DNA of 36,392 nt, from the IMG/VR virus record IMGVR_UViG_3300027921_000165, positions 1 through 36,392 of that record; one strand, written 5' to 3'. Positions 9,019 through 18,559 of this stretch are shown here, one piece after another. Below the pieces are notes generated by a model. It was given only the letters and a program-made list of their open reading frames with translations, was not told the origin of the DNA and did no database searches. How positions within the stretch are numbered: the first letter of the stretch is position 1; each line of letters starts with the position of its first letter. Source of the stretch: a virus. Taxonomy: Duplodnaviria; Caudoviricetes. The position numbers were made by a program, and so were the translations under genes.

Positions 9019-9513
9019 ATGAGGCTGGCCGATTTTATGAACCGCATCAATGAGCGGGTGGCACTGCTGGAAAAGGAGTTTCTTGAAAACGGCGAACTGC
9101 TGCACCCGTGCGCCAAAGACCTGGAAACCACGGCCCGGCAGATGGCGAAGCAGATTCGCAAGATCAAACGAAAGGAGAGGAAACCGTCGTCGCCAGCCGT
9201 GGGCGTTGAGGACACGCAACGGCCACCGTGCGCCCGGCTACCTGCTGGGCCGGCAATAGTTCATCCTGGACAAGATGGCGGGCCAGTAGCGGGCAGTGCA
9301 CCGTCGTCGAAGGCTGAAGGCATGAGTTTTCCGGAGGAATGGGGTGCGGGTCGGAAGCCGCCCCCCTCAGTCACAAATGAAGCCATAGAAAGAATTCTTT
9401 TCGGGGAAGTCCTCACCGATGAAGCGAAGGCTCTGTTGCGGCAGGCCGTCGCTGACGGCGACGCAAGGCGGGTCGCTGAACTGCTTCGCTCGAAGAGCAA
9501 TTGCCTTAACTGA
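9019..9513 (+). CDS. Hypothetical protein
   Basis: GGGGAG before GTG/ATG; fills the gap between late promoter and repressor operon. Confidence 0.5.
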   Translation: MRLADFMNRINERVALLEKEFLENGELLHPCAKDLETTARQMAKQIRKIKRKERKPSSPAVGVEDTQRPPCARLPAGPAIVHPGQDGGPVAGSAPSSKAEGMSFPEEWGAGRKPPPSVTNEAIERILFGEVLTDEAKALLRQAVADGDARRVAELLRSKSNCLN

Positions 9514-9699
9514 TGCCCCCGCCACTGAGCCCCGGAGCGCCTTGAGCGCCAGAGGGCCGGGGGGGGGTCTATCGGCTCCAAGCCACTATTTTCCCGGACA
9601 TGACGTGCATGGTCAGACCTCCACCCCGGTACGTGCGACCCACAACTCACCTGTCTACGGGCTGGTGTAACGCAGTAATCGCCGAGCTTGAGGCGGCGA

Positions 9700-9966
9700 T
9701 TAATGGAGCAGGCGCGAAATCAACTGCTCCCATTCTTCGCCTGCCCCTGAGTTCCGAATCCCTAGCGCGACTTGCCGCAAGGCAAGCTGCATCAACTCCC
9801 GATTGTTCACCTCTGCGGAGATGGCTGCTGCGGTTTCTTCGAAAGAAATAGCCATCTCCTCCCGGCTGATTCCGGTCTTGTAACTCAGCATGTTCGATAG
9901 ATGGACGATCGCGGTCTGCATTCCCGCCATTAGGCCCACTATGACTTGTAGTTGTTGGGGGTTCAT
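9700..9966 (-). CDS. Hypothetical helical protein co-transcribed with repressor
   Basis: ATG overlaps repressor stop; GGAGAGG upstream. Confidence 0.65.
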   Translation of the reverse strand: MNPQQLQVIVGLMAGMQTAIVHLSNMLSYKTGISREEMAISFEETAAAISAEVNNRELMQLALRQVALGIRNSGAGEEWEQLISRLLH

Positions 9967-10376
9967 CGCCTCTCCCTCCCCGGCGCGGTTAGGTCAAGGA
10001 GGGTTTCGTCCTGGGGGGCGGCGGGCAATTGGAACGATAGGGCCTTGGCCAGGGTGCCGGGCAGCAGGCTGTACTTTTCGTCCGCCTGAACGGTGTTCAG
10101 ATTTTCCACGGTCAGGATGCGGTCAAGGATTTCTACCAGGCTCTTGACCTGGGCGGCATGGCTGCCTACCGCCCCGTTCAGCACGTACCCCACGTCCAGC
10201 TTCAAATCCGGCCTCTGCGCCGACAGCGCCCAGAGTTCCTTCTCGGGGAAGTTACCCCGCTTTTTCCGCATCTTCCATGCCGCCTCAGATAGCTCTAGCG
10301 CGGCTGCGGCTTGCTTGTCTTCCGTGACCTTGAGTTGCTGCTTGAGCCGCAGCGTGGCTTCTTCAAAATAGTTCAT
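9963..10376 (-). CDS. CI-like HTH repressor
   Basis: 'RLKQQL....DKQAAAALELSEAAWKMRKKRGNFP...DVGYVLNG'; divergent from Ner-like gene. Confidence 0.8.
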   Translation of the reverse strand: MNYFEEATLRLKQQLKVTEDKQAAAALELSEAAWKMRKKRGNFPEKELWALSAQRPDLKLDVGYVLNGAVGSHAAQVKSLVEILDRILTVENLNTVQADEKYSLLPGTLAKALSFQLPAAPQDETLLDLTAPGRERR

Positions 10377-10385
10377 GGTTACCTC

Positions 10386-10414
10386 TTGACAGTTGGTGAG
10401 TGAATACCTAGAGT
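10386..10414 (+). promoter_or_regulatory. Early sigma70 promoter
   Basis: TTGACA-17 bp-TAGAGT upstream of the early operon. Confidence 0.7.
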
Positions 10415-10437
10415 ATCAATTGTTACTCGAAGTATCA
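10402..10437. promoter_or_regulatory. Two tandem operator-like palindromes
   Basis: GAATAC-N5-GTATCA (10402-10418) and TGTTAC-N5-GTATCA (10421-10437) overlapping the -10 and start region. Confidence 0.55.
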
Positions 10438-10466
10438 TTACAACCCGTCAAATAAAGGAGCCAAGC

Positions 10467-10661
10467 ATGACCCCTCAAGAAGCAAAAGCCGCCTTCCGTG
10501 CCCGTGGTGAATCAGTAGCGGAATGGGCAGAGCGCAATGGGTTTACCCGTGAAGTGGTTTACCGCGTCATCAACGGCCGTTCCGCCTGCTGGCGCGGCGA
10601 ACCGCACCGCGTCGCCATAGCCCTGGGCATCAAACCCGACCCCGTCAAGTTCCGGGTCTGA
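10467..10661 (+). CDS. Ner/Cro-like DNA-binding protein (BcepMu gp16 family)
   Basis: 'TPQEAKAAF..RGESVAEWA..NGF....VY.VING......G..H..A.ALG.K'. Confidence 0.88.
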   Translation: MTPQEAKAAFRARGESVAEWAERNGFTREVVYRVINGRSACWRGEPHRVAIALGIKPDPVKFRV

Positions 10662-10700
10662 TGCCCTTCGCCACACCACCCTTACAGGAGCAACTTTACC

Positions 10701-11291
10701 ATGAACATCGCACTCATCAAGATTGACAGCAGCCGCCTCAACGGCGAGGCCGTACAAACCTGCCAAGCCCGTGACCTGTGGCAATTTCTCGACATCAAGC
10801 GCAAGTTTGGCGACTGGATCAAGGGCCGCATCGGCCAATACGGTTTTGTGGAGGGGCAGGACTTCACGGTTCACAAATTTGTGAACGGTCGCGCCACGGT
10901 CATTGACTACCACCTGACGCTCGACACGGCCAAGGAATTGGCGATGGTGGAGAACAACGCCAAGGGGCGCGAGGTGCGCCGCTACTTCATCGCCTGCGAG
11001 CGCCAGGCGCTGGGCGAATACATCAAGCCCGTCCTTCAGCACGAGAAATACTGGTTTGCCAAGTATCCCCACTGGCAAGCCATCCTGCCCCTGGCTTTGC
11101 AAGGCATGCGCTGCAAGGTGATCGGGGAGAAGCTGAACCTGTCCGCTGGGCGCGTTGGGCGCGCCATACGCCGCATGGTTCAGGTTGGCCTACTGGACCC
11201 GGCCAAGCGCCTCGCCGCCCGCTTCAAGCCCGCCACCGCGCAACGCCTGATGCAACTGCCCCTGTTCTCGTCCTGGGGAGAGCCAGCATGA
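10701..11291 (+). CDS. AntA/AntB antirepressor-family protein
   Basis: 'ARDLWQFL....F.DWIK.RI.QYGF.EGQDF...DY.LTLD.AKELAMVE....G..VRRYFI.CE'. Confidence 0.9.
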   Translation: MNIALIKIDSSRLNGEAVQTCQARDLWQFLDIKRKFGDWIKGRIGQYGFVEGQDFTVHKFVNGRATVIDYHLTLDTAKELAMVENNAKGREVRRYFIACERQALGEYIKPVLQHEKYWFAKYPHWQAILPLALQGMRCKVIGEKLNLSAGRVGRAIRRMVQVGLLDPAKRLAARFKPATAQRLMQLPLFSSWGEPA

Positions 11292-11683
11292 ACCGCCATC
11301 AACGCCGTGCCCGACCAAAACTCAGCCGTGCCGAATGGAGCGTGCAGTTGTCGGAATTGAGGAAAAAGTTCCCCAAGGATATGCCCGACGAAAGGGGTAT
11401 CGCGCAGTTGCTGATCGGCATCATCGTCGACGAGCAACTGAATATCTCGGACGTCAACCTGGCGACGCTGGCCGGCCTGACCTGCGGCTTCATGGACCGC
11501 GCCCTGGAAAAGCTGCCGCAAGCCACCCGTGTCAATCAGGACGGCATGCCGGTGTATAGCATCGAACAGATTGCCAATTTCGTCGGCCAGACGCCGGCAG
11601 AAATCGAATCCGGCCTGAAAGCCTTCGCCAAGGAGGTCGGTGCCGAGATCTACAGTGCCGGCGACGTAAGCCCGCTGCACTGA
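11288..11683 (+). CDS. Hypothetical protein
   Basis: ATGA overlap with upstream gene, GGAG RBS. Confidence 0.7.
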   Translation: MNRHQRRARPKLSRAEWSVQLSELRKKFPKDMPDERGIAQLLIGIIVDEQLNISDVNLATLAGLTCGFMDRALEKLPQATRVNQDGMPVYSIEQIANFVGQTPAEIESGLKAFAKEVGAEIYSAGDVSPLH

Positions 11684-11693
11684 GGAGGGAATC

Positions 11694-12833
11694 ATGACCC
11701 GCAAGACTAAAGAGATAGACCTTGGAATTCCCGGCGCGGCTCACCCCGCGCAGGAGCCTGAAACCGCCCCCTCGGCCCCTGCCGCTGGCCCGGTGATTGG
11801 TGAATTGCTGCCGTCGCCGGACGTGTCACACGAGATTGCCGGCCTGGCGCGCGACCTGGGCTACGAAGGCGCACTGACCGTGGGTGCGCTGGAAGACGGC
11901 ATTCGCATTTACCAGAGGCGCACGGTAGAGGACTGCATTGAGTTGGGAAAGTGCCTACTGCTGCTGAAAGAAATGACGCCTCACGGCGAATTCACGCCGC
12001 GGATCGAACTGCTTGGAATAGGGGAGCGGACCGCGCGCCGCTTTATGAGCGCTGCCCGGAAAATATCTCAAAACGGACATTTGTCCGATTTGAGCGCTCG
12101 GATGAAGAGCATCACCAGCGTGCTTGAACTGGTCACCCAAGATGACGACGTGCTTGAGCGGCTGTCCGATATGGACGATATAGACCTATTGACCCCGAGC
12201 GAACTGCGCGCCCGGTTGCGGGAATATGAATCGGCAGACCAGGATGGCCCGCCCATGGATTCGCCGCTCCTGGCGCGCTTGACCGAGGAAAAAGCCGACC
12301 TGGAGAGGAAGATCGAGAACCACGAAAAGCACTATGACGAACTGGAGATGCGCTATCAGGAGAAGGACGCGCAACTGCGGCTGGCCATGGGGTCGCAATT
12401 GCCCGGCGCCTACAGCCCACGCACCGTGGCCCTGCGCCATGAGTCGGCGGCCATGGAATATGGCAGCCGCCTGCACGTGGATGAACTGGAGGCGATGTAT
12501 GAGTCGGCGCTTGTGGCCGAGGCGCCCAACCAGCAGGAAAGGGAACTGCGCATCCATGCCGTGGCACTGGCCGCCTCGGGCATTTTCGCTCGCGCCGAAG
12601 CGCTTTACTCGCGCCTGAAAATCGAGTTGGGCGATTTCATGCCGGTGCAGCCGGACGGGATGTTGCAACTGACGGAGGACGAGCGCCAGAAGCTCAAAGG
12701 CAGTGTGGTGATGTTGCGCGATGCCTTCCTGGAGAAGAAGAGCAAGCGCGAACGCGAGCGCTATGTGGAGCAGTTAAGCCGGGGGCCGGGCCGGCCGCTG
12801 GGCGCCAAGAACAAAGACAAGGCCAAGGGGTAG
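11694..12833 (+). CDS. DUF3102-like DNA-binding coiled-coil protein
   Basis: 'ELGKCLLLLKE..PHGEF......GI..RTARRFM'; C-terminal GRP.G.KNK AT-hook-like motif. Confidence 0.7.
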   Translation: MTRKTKEIDLGIPGAAHPAQEPETAPSAPAAGPVIGELLPSPDVSHEIAGLARDLGYEGALTVGALEDGIRIYQRRTVEDCIELGKCLLLLKEMTPHGEFTPRIELLGIGERTARRFMSAARKISQNGHLSDLSARMKSITSVLELVTQDDDVLERLSDMDDIDLLTPSELRARLREYESADQDGPPMDSPLLARLTEEKADLERKIENHEKHYDELEMRYQEKDAQLRLAMGSQLPGAYSPRTVALRHESAAMEYGSRLHVDELEAMYESALVAEAPNQQERELRIHAVALAASGIFARAEALYSRLKIELGDFMPVQPDGMLQLTEDERQKLKGSVVMLRDAFLEKKSKRERERYVEQLSRGPGRPLGAKNKDKAKG

Positions 12834-12838
12834 GCATC

Positions 12839-13381
12839 ATGAGCACTCGACGCGCCAAAGCGGCGGTGAAAGAGTTGCGCCGCCTGCTCGAATCGGAACC
12901 TCTGGCATTCATGACGGATGAGGTTTGCGCACACATCGAGCGATTGATTAACCTGGTCAAGACGGAAGAGGACCGGCTGCGCAGTGAGCGGGCCGTGGCC
13001 ACTCTGTGGCACAGGCTGCCGGTGGCACAACAGGACTTGGCGAGAAACCGGCAGCGGGTGGCGGTCTTGGTGTTGTGCCTGGAAATGGATGGCATGACAC
13101 GGGAAAGCGCGGTGCGCGAAATCGCCCGAGTGTCCGGGCTGTCATTCAAGGGGTTTCGTGCCGTTTTCGGTGGCTTTTTGCGTGACGATTGGCTGGCCCT
13201 GCGCCGGCTGGGGTGCAACGCTCGGGATTTCCTGTCGCTACGGCAAATCCAGTTGTGGGCCGAAGCGGAAGAAGCGGCGGATCGTGCGCCCCATGCCCGG
13301 CCTTTCCCGCTCTATCTGGTGGATCGGGAGGTGTTGCTGAGTGCGAAGCAGCCGATGGCTGATTCAGCGCGGAGGGCCTAA
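12839..13381 (+). CDS. Hypothetical protein
   Basis: 180 aa ORF tightly packed ahead of the transposase. Confidence 0.65.
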   Translation: MSTRRAKAAVKELRRLLESEPLAFMTDEVCAHIERLINLVKTEEDRLRSERAVATLWHRLPVAQQDLARNRQRVAVLVLCLEMDGMTRESAVREIARVSGLSFKGFRAVFGGFLRDDWLALRRLGCNARDFLSLRQIQLWAEAEEAADRAPHARPFPLYLVDREVLLSAKQPMADSARRA

Positions 13382-13383
13382 TC

Positions 13384-15036
13384 ATGGGCCGCAGTTTGAG
13401 CATACAGCCCGCGCCGACTCTTCCACCCCGCTTGCCGACACGGCAAGAGGTACTCGCTATGACCCGGCCCGTGCCGACCATCCATACCGTCTCCAGCAAG
13501 GCGGCGTCAACCGCCTTGGCCATCGGCCGCGTCTGCCGCTACGTGCTGGAGCAAGAGGCCCTGTGCGGCTCGCGGAATTTGGCGGTGAATTTGCTGTTGG
13601 CCTCGGCCAAGCTGGGCGAGGCACCCGCGCATATCGCCGAGGCCCTGTGCCAGTGCGCGGTGGGCAAACGGTCGCTACCGGGTCGCTCGGCGGTCATGGG
13701 CTGGTGCGCACGGTTCGAACAGGGCGGGGCTGATGCCGTGATTAAGGCGCATAAGGGCCACGTTCGCCGGGAAGGCGGCTGGGAGGCCAAGGCGGCGGAG
13801 ATATACAGCCAACCCTCGAACATCAACATGGCATCGGTGCATCGAGACTTGTGCCGGCTGTGGGGCTTCGATTGCACCTATGAGCAGGTGGCCGCCTATC
13901 TGTCGGCCTTGCCGTCGCACCTGGGCAAACTGTCGCCCTCCAGGATGGGCAAAGAACTGCACAAACAGCAGCAGAAAACATTTGTCTCCCGTCATACCAA
14001 GAACCTCAAGCCTGGCTCCATCTACATGGCGGACGGCTACCGGGCGGACGTGTACTTGGCGCACCCGGTGGAAGGCGGCATCTGGCGGCCGGAGATCATG
14101 CATGTGATTGACCTGCGCAGCCGCTACCTGGTGGGCTACCGGATCATGGCCAACGAAGCCGGCTACGACGTGATGATGGGCTGGGCAGATATTTTCGCGC
14201 GCTGGAACCATGTGCCGCCCCTGCTCTATGTAGATAACGGCTCTGGTTATAAAAACCGGCTGACGGAAATAGAGGACACGAGCTATTACCGGCGCGCCGG
14301 GGTGCAGGCCGTTATCCATTCGCTGCCCTACAACCCCAGGGGCAAGGGCCACATCGAACGCTATCACCGCATTGTCAAGGATGACTTTCTGAAGACCTGG
14401 CGGCCGCAGTTTTACTGCGGCGATGACATGGCGCCGGAAGTGCTGAAAAAGACGGTGCGCGACATCAAGGAAGGCCGATTGGTGCCTCCCAGCCTGGCCG
14501 AGTTCATCGCTGCCTACGACGACTGGCTGGCCAATGATTATCACAAGCGGGCACATCCCGAAGACAAATATGTGACGCGCGGTCAGGTGTGGAGCGGCCT
14601 TGACCCCATCACGCCCGCCGCCACGGCGCGCGAGGTAGGCCGGCCGTGCGAGGCACGCAAGGTGCAGCGGGCCGCCGTGCAGATGCATGGGCGGCGCTAT
14701 CAACACGAGGCTCTCTACGCCTGGAACGGCCAGACGGTGCTGGTGGAGTTCGATGTTCTCAATCACACCCTGGCCACGGTGCGCACGCCGGACGGGACGT
14801 TGATCTGTGATGCGCGCCTGGTGAAGGTCATTGGCGTTGTAAGCGATTCCTTCCTGGCGGACAAGGAACAGCAGGCACTGAAAGACAAGCTGCGCCGAAT
14901 TGAGAAGAAGGCTGATGAGGCACGGGCACGGGCCGGGCTGGTGGTGGATGCGGAGGCCATGGCGCAGGCGGTGTTGCCGGCCGGATCGCCCGATGACGAC
15001 GCGCCCCTGATTCTTGACCTGACGGATATTCATTGA
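13384..15036 (+). CDS. DDE transposase (MuA-equivalent, rve core + Mu-type C-terminal domain)
   Basis: Catalytic 'YMADG', 'LYVDNGSGY', 'PYNPRGKGHIERYH'; adjacent to AAA ATPase. Confidence 0.95.
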   Translation: MGRSLSIQPAPTLPPRLPTRQEVLAMTRPVPTIHTVSSKAASTALAIGRVCRYVLEQEALCGSRNLAVNLLLASAKLGEAPAHIAEALCQCAVGKRSLPGRSAVMGWCARFEQGGADAVIKAHKGHVRREGGWEAKAAEIYSQPSNINMASVHRDLCRLWGFDCTYEQVAAYLSALPSHLGKLSPSRMGKELHKQQQKTFVSRHTKNLKPGSIYMADGYRADVYLAHPVEGGIWRPEIMHVIDLRSRYLVGYRIMANEAGYDVMMGWADIFARWNHVPPLLYVDNGSGYKNRLTEIEDTSYYRRAGVQAVIHSLPYNPRGKGHIERYHRIVKDDFLKTWRPQFYCGDDMAPEVLKKTVRDIKEGRLVPPSLAEFIAAYDDWLANDYHKRAHPEDKYVTRGQVWSGLDPITPAATAREVGRPCEARKVQRAAVQMHGRRYQHEALYAWNGQTVLVEFDVLNHTLATVRTPDGTLICDARLVKVIGVVSDSFLADKEQQALKDKLRRIEKKADEARARAGLVVDAEAMAQAVLPAGSPDDDAPLILDLTDIH

Positions 15037-15068
15037 TGTCGGGTTGCACCCCGACCTACGGAGGAACC

Positions 15069-16034
15069 ATGAACGAGCAAACGAAATCCTGGCCGGCGCA
15101 TTACAACGCGGCGGACATCGAAGTCATTGAACGCATCCCCGGCTGGATCAGGGGCAAGAGCTACAACCAGGCGGCCCTGGCGCGGTTGGCCCGGGTGTCC
15201 GAATCCACGCTCAGCCAGATCATGCGCGGACTCTATGTCAGCAGCCCCACGGGGATGCTGGCCAAGGTGCGCCAGGCCATGGAAAACCTGGATGAGGCCA
15301 AGGGCGGCGGGGGCGTGGTGGTGGAAACCAGCGTGTTCCAGTTGGTGACGGCCGCCTGCACCATGGCCCGGCGCAACAAGAATTTCTCTGTGGTCTCGGC
15401 TTACGTCGGCACCGGCAAGACCTTCGGGGCGAAGCATTACGCGGCGCATCACCCGAACACTTATCTGATCGAAGCCTCGCCCACCATGGGCAAGCGTGAC
15501 CTGGTGGTGATCCTGGGGAGCTTACTGGCTTCCTGGGAGGGGCGGGGCAGCACCAACGCCCGCTTCCTGGCGGCGGTGGAGGCGGTCAAGGGTTCGGACA
15601 CGCTTTTGATCGTGGATGAGGCGGAAACGCTCTCCCCCGAGTGCCTGCATACCCTTCGCCGGCTGCGCGACCTGGCGGGCATCGGCATCGTGCTGACGGG
15701 CACGGAAAAGCTCACGGCCATCATGAAGCCGGAGCATGGCCAGTTCGACCAGATCAGGAGCCGAACCGGGTTCTGGCCGGCGACGGTCACGACCCTCAAG
15801 CCGGAAGACGGGGCCGCCCTGGTGCAGGCGGGGTTCCCTGGCGAGGACGTGTCCGAGGAGGTGATCGCACGGCTGATTGCCTACAGCAAGGGTTCCGCCC
15901 GGATGTTGGCGGAAGGTCTGGTGCCCGGCATCCATGCCTGCCGCAACGGCGGGCCGTTGAACGTGAGGCTGGTGGATGCGGTGGCCACGCAGGCGCTGTG
16001 TCTGGCTCAGTTGCCAGTGGTCAGGGCTCTCTAG
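15069..16034 (+). CDS. MuB-like transposition AAA+ ATPase
   Basis: N-terminal HTH, Walker A 'VGTGKT', Walker B 'LLIVDEAE', 'QIRSR'; GAGGA RBS. Confidence 0.93.
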   Translation: MNEQTKSWPAHYNAADIEVIERIPGWIRGKSYNQAALARLARVSESTLSQIMRGLYVSSPTGMLAKVRQAMENLDEAKGGGGVVVETSVFQLVTAACTMARRNKNFSVVSAYVGTGKTFGAKHYAAHHPNTYLIEASPTMGKRDLVVILGSLLASWEGRGSTNARFLAAVEAVKGSDTLLIVDEAETLSPECLHTLRRLRDLAGIGIVLTGTEKLTAIMKPEHGQFDQIRSRTGFWPATVTTLKPEDGAALVQAGFPGEDVSEEVIARLIAYSKGSARMLAEGLVPGIHACRNGGPLNVRLVDAVATQALCLAQLPVVRAL

Positions 16035-16051
16035 TCTCAAAGGAGAACGGC

Positions 16052-16342
16052 ATGAACGAAAAAACGAAAACCGTCCTGGTGCTGCTGGCGCTGTTCCTGG
16101 CCTTCGGCATCGTCGGGCGCATGGATTACGAGGAAGAGCAGCGGCAACAGGCCCAGGCGCAGGCCTGGGCCGCCAGCCGGGACGCCCAGGGGCAGGCGAT
16201 GGCCGAATGTCTGCCCATGCCGGGCGAGGTAGCCATCGTGGGCTGGGAGGGCACGGGGGCGGCGCGGGTGATGGTGTGCCGTACCTACGGTGCCGAGGGG
16301 GCAGTACAGGTGCAGGAATTATCAACCAAGAAACATTCGTGA
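16052..16342 (+). CDS. Small membrane-anchored protein
   Basis: AGGAG RBS; N-terminal TM segment followed by 'G.MDY'. Confidence 0.7.
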   Translation: MNEKTKTVLVLLALFLAFGIVGRMDYEEEQRQQAQAQAWAASRDAQGQAMAECLPMPGEVAIVGWEGTGAARVMVCRTYGAEGAVQVQELSTKKHS

Positions 16343-16363
16343 TTTTCCAAGAGGAGAGATTTG

Positions 16364-16882
16364 ATGGCTACGAAGACCAAAAGTAAGGCCGCCGCCGTGA
16401 CAGTGGCGGTGCCTCAGAACCGCGACGAAGCCGCCGCCATGATCCGCGCCATGGGCGACACTCAGCGCGATTTGCAGCGGGCCCAGGCGGCCATGAATGA
16501 CGCCATTGCGGAAATTACCGAATCCGCCGCGCCGGCCATTGAGGACTTGAAGACACGGGTGGAGGCGCTGCACCTGGGTATCCAGACCTTTGCCGAGGCG
16601 AACCGGGCACTGCTCACGGAAGGTTACAAGGTGAAGTCGGCCAACCTGGTGACGGGCGAAGTGGCATGGCGCCAACGCCCGCCGTCCTGTGCCGTGAGGG
16701 GTGCCGAGGCGGTGGTCGAGACCTTGAAGCGCCTGGGCCTGGGCCGGTTCGTGCGTACCAAAGAGGAAGTGAACAAGGAAGCCATCTTGAACGAACCGTC
16801 GGCGGTGGCCGGGGTGGCCGGTCTGACCATCGTCTCGGGCGTGGAAGACTTCATCGTGACGCCGTTCGAACAGGAGGCGTAG
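16364..16882 (+). CDS. gam: Host-nuclease inhibitor Gam (Mu-type)
   Basis: 'VPQNRDEA', 'G.V.WRQRPPS', 'RFVRTKEEVNKEAILNEP', 'EDF.V.PFEQE'. Confidence 0.95.
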   Translation: MATKTKSKAAAVTVAVPQNRDEAAAMIRAMGDTQRDLQRAQAAMNDAIAEITESAAPAIEDLKTRVEALHLGIQTFAEANRALLTEGYKVKSANLVTGEVAWRQRPPSCAVRGAEAVVETLKRLGLGRFVRTKEEVNKEAILNEPSAVAGVAGLTIVSGVEDFIVTPFEQEA

Positions 16883-16884
16883 CC

Positions 16885-17043
16885 ATGAATACCCCCAAGC
16901 AAAGCGAGATAGACGACGTGCTGAATGCCTGCTGTGAAGCCGAAGAGGAAGGCAGCAACTGGCCCGGCATGTCTTACGAGCAAGGCGTACAGGCGGCCAT
17001 CCTCTGGATGCAGGGCTATGGCAGCAACCCGATGGAGGACTGA
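16885..17043 (+). CDS. Hypothetical protein (52 aa)
   Basis: GGAGG RBS; 'WPGMSYEQGV.AAI.W'. Confidence 0.7.
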   Translation: MNTPKQSEIDDVLNACCEAEEEGSNWPGMSYEQGVQAAILWMQGYGSNPMED

Positions 17044-17045
17044 GC

Positions 17046-17399
17046 ATGAACCTCAACTGGAAAAGCCATCTGGAGACGCCTGGCGAAAACGGCGTGATCG
17101 GGCTGCTGGCCCGGCCGGCCAACCCGGACGATGCCGAGGACGTGCCCTTCATCCTGGGCCTGTACCTGTTCCAGGGCGGCACCTGGCTGTCCGAGGAATT
17201 CGAGGAAGAGCCGGACGCGCCTTACTTCTGGGTACTGGAATCGGAACTGTTGGCGGGGCTGCCGGCTGCCGGATTCTGTGGGGCGGACTTCAGTCCGCCA
17301 AGGTCGGATTGGTGGGCTGAAGCCCACCCTACAGCCGACCCCACAACAAGTGCCCGTGTTTGCGGGATAGCAGTTTCATCAACGAGGAGAGAATCATGA
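17046..17399 (+). CDS. Hypothetical acidic protein; 3' end runs through a REP doublet
   Basis: GGAGG RBS; stop overlaps the next ATG. Confidence 0.6.
   Translation: MNLNWKSHLETPGENGVIGLLARPANPDDAEDVPFILGLYLFQGGTWLSEEFEEEPDAPYFWVLESELLAGLPAAGFCGADFSPPRSDWWAEAHPTADPTTSARVCGIAVSSTRRES
17278..17332. repeat. REP doublet (REPIN-like)
   Basis: GTGGGGCGGACTTCAGTCCGCC-11nt-GGTGGGCTGAAGCCCACCCTAC (GTGG/GTAG termini). Confidence 0.8.
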
Positions 17400-17623
17400 C
17401 CGTCATCACCGTGGAGTTGGAGGATCGGGGCCAGGACTTCCTGGAGTTCGATATCGAGAACGGCGTGATCGTGGATACCCGGCCGCAGGGGTTGGTGTTG
17501 TGGAATGGCCGGACGGTGGTCAATGAATCCTTCACGGTGGGGGATTGCCTCACCCTGGCTTCGGAAATCGGGAATTTGACGCTCAAGTATCCGGTGATCG
17601 CCATCCGCCCCCTGGCCAGGTGA
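17396..17623 (+). CDS. Hypothetical protein (75 aa)
   Basis: GAGGAG RBS; 'LEDRGQDFLEFDI'. Confidence 0.7.
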   Translation: MTVITVELEDRGQDFLEFDIENGVIVDTRPQGLVLWNGRTVVNESFTVGDCLTLASEIGNLTLKYPVIAIRPLAR

Positions 17624-17626
17624 ATC

Positions 17627-18079
17627 ATGGCTGACCTGGTGAAGCATTACCGGCAACTGGTGGGCATCGCGGCGTCCTGGGCCGGCAAGACCCTGCCGGG
17701 ATGGAGCGATGATTCGCATCGGGACTTGCTGGCGCGGCATGGGGCCGGGATGAAGGATGGCCGGGCTTCGGCTTCCACCTTGAACCTGGCCCAGCTGGGC
17801 CAGGTGCTGGAGGATTACGAGCGGCGCGGCTGGCCCCGGGTGAAGAAATTCCAGGCCAAAGGCCAGGTGACGGCACGGAAGGTGCCACCGCAGATCGCGC
17901 ACCTGGTGCGCTTGTGGGGCAAGTTGGGCCAGGCCGGCAAGGTGCACAACGCTTCGCGGCCGGCGCTGTTGGCCTTCTGTGCCCGGCAGACCGGCCGGGA
18001 CGTGCCGGACCTGGATAGCCTGGATTCGCCCGAAGCCGTACTCATCACCGAAGCCCTCAAGGGCTGGCTGGCGCGCTGA
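17627..18079 (+). CDS. gemA: GemA / Mu gp16-family regulator
   Basis: 'DD..R.LL', 'S...L...QL..VL', 'LW..L...G.V....AL.AF..RQ', 'EALKGW..R'; directly before mor. Confidence 0.8.
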   Translation: MADLVKHYRQLVGIAASWAGKTLPGWSDDSHRDLLARHGAGMKDGRASASTLNLAQLGQVLEDYERRGWPRVKKFQAKGQVTARKVPPQIAHLVRLWGKLGQAGKVHNASRPALLAFCARQTGRDVPDLDSLDSPEAVLITEALKGWLAR

Positions 18080-18080
18080 C

Positions 18081-18530
18081 ATGTCTCCCCGTCACCCCCT
18101 GCCCCCCGCACCCCTGCCCCCGGCCGAAGGATGGCCGGTGGTGGATGAGGACGTGCTGGCCTGTCTGCCGGCCAAGTTCACGGTGCTGCGGGCGGTGGTG
18201 CGTGCTCTGGGCTGGGGCCGGGCCGGGGAATGGCTCACGGATCATGGCGGTGTGCCGGTGGTGGTGCCCCTGCATCGGCAAGAGGCCCTGGGCCTCACGG
18301 CGCCGGAACTGGCGCGGCTGCGCCAGGTGATGCAGCCGCATGTGGATGACAATCACCGGGTATTCCTGCCCAAGCCGGACAAGCTGTTCATCCGGGCGCG
18401 GGACGCGGAAATACGGCGGGAACGGGCACGAAAAAGCCTGACGGTCCTGGCGCGGGAATACCGCCTGACCTCGCGCCACATTCAGAATATCTGCCGCGAA
18501 GGCGAAGACCGGCAGGCGAGTTTGTTCTGA
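18081..18530 (+). CDS. mor: Mor/C-family transcription activator
   Basis: 'HGG..V.VP', 'LPK', 'RD.EI', C-terminal HTH 'LAREYRLTSRHIQNI', ending 'Q.SLF'. Confidence 0.88.
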   Translation: MSPRHPLPPAPLPPAEGWPVVDEDVLACLPAKFTVLRAVVRALGWGRAGEWLTDHGGVPVVVPLHRQEALGLTAPELARLRQVMQPHVDDNHRVFLPKPDKLFIRARDAEIRRERARKSLTVLAREYRLTSRHIQNICREGEDRQASLF

Positions 18531-18559
18531 TTGCCATGAAACAAATTTTGTGTAACTCT
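18531..18559 (+). promoter_or_regulatory. Possible promoter of the c4-antirepressor module
   Basis: TTGCCA followed 16-17 bp later by TAACTC/AACTCT in an AT-rich patch. Confidence 0.35.

Noticed and set aside
9559-9567. G9 run as a phase-variation switch
   Set aside because: Not within a supported CDS or promoter
10419-10451. Leftward repressor promoter from TTGACG at 10451-10446
   Set aside because: No acceptable -10 at 16-18 bp spacing
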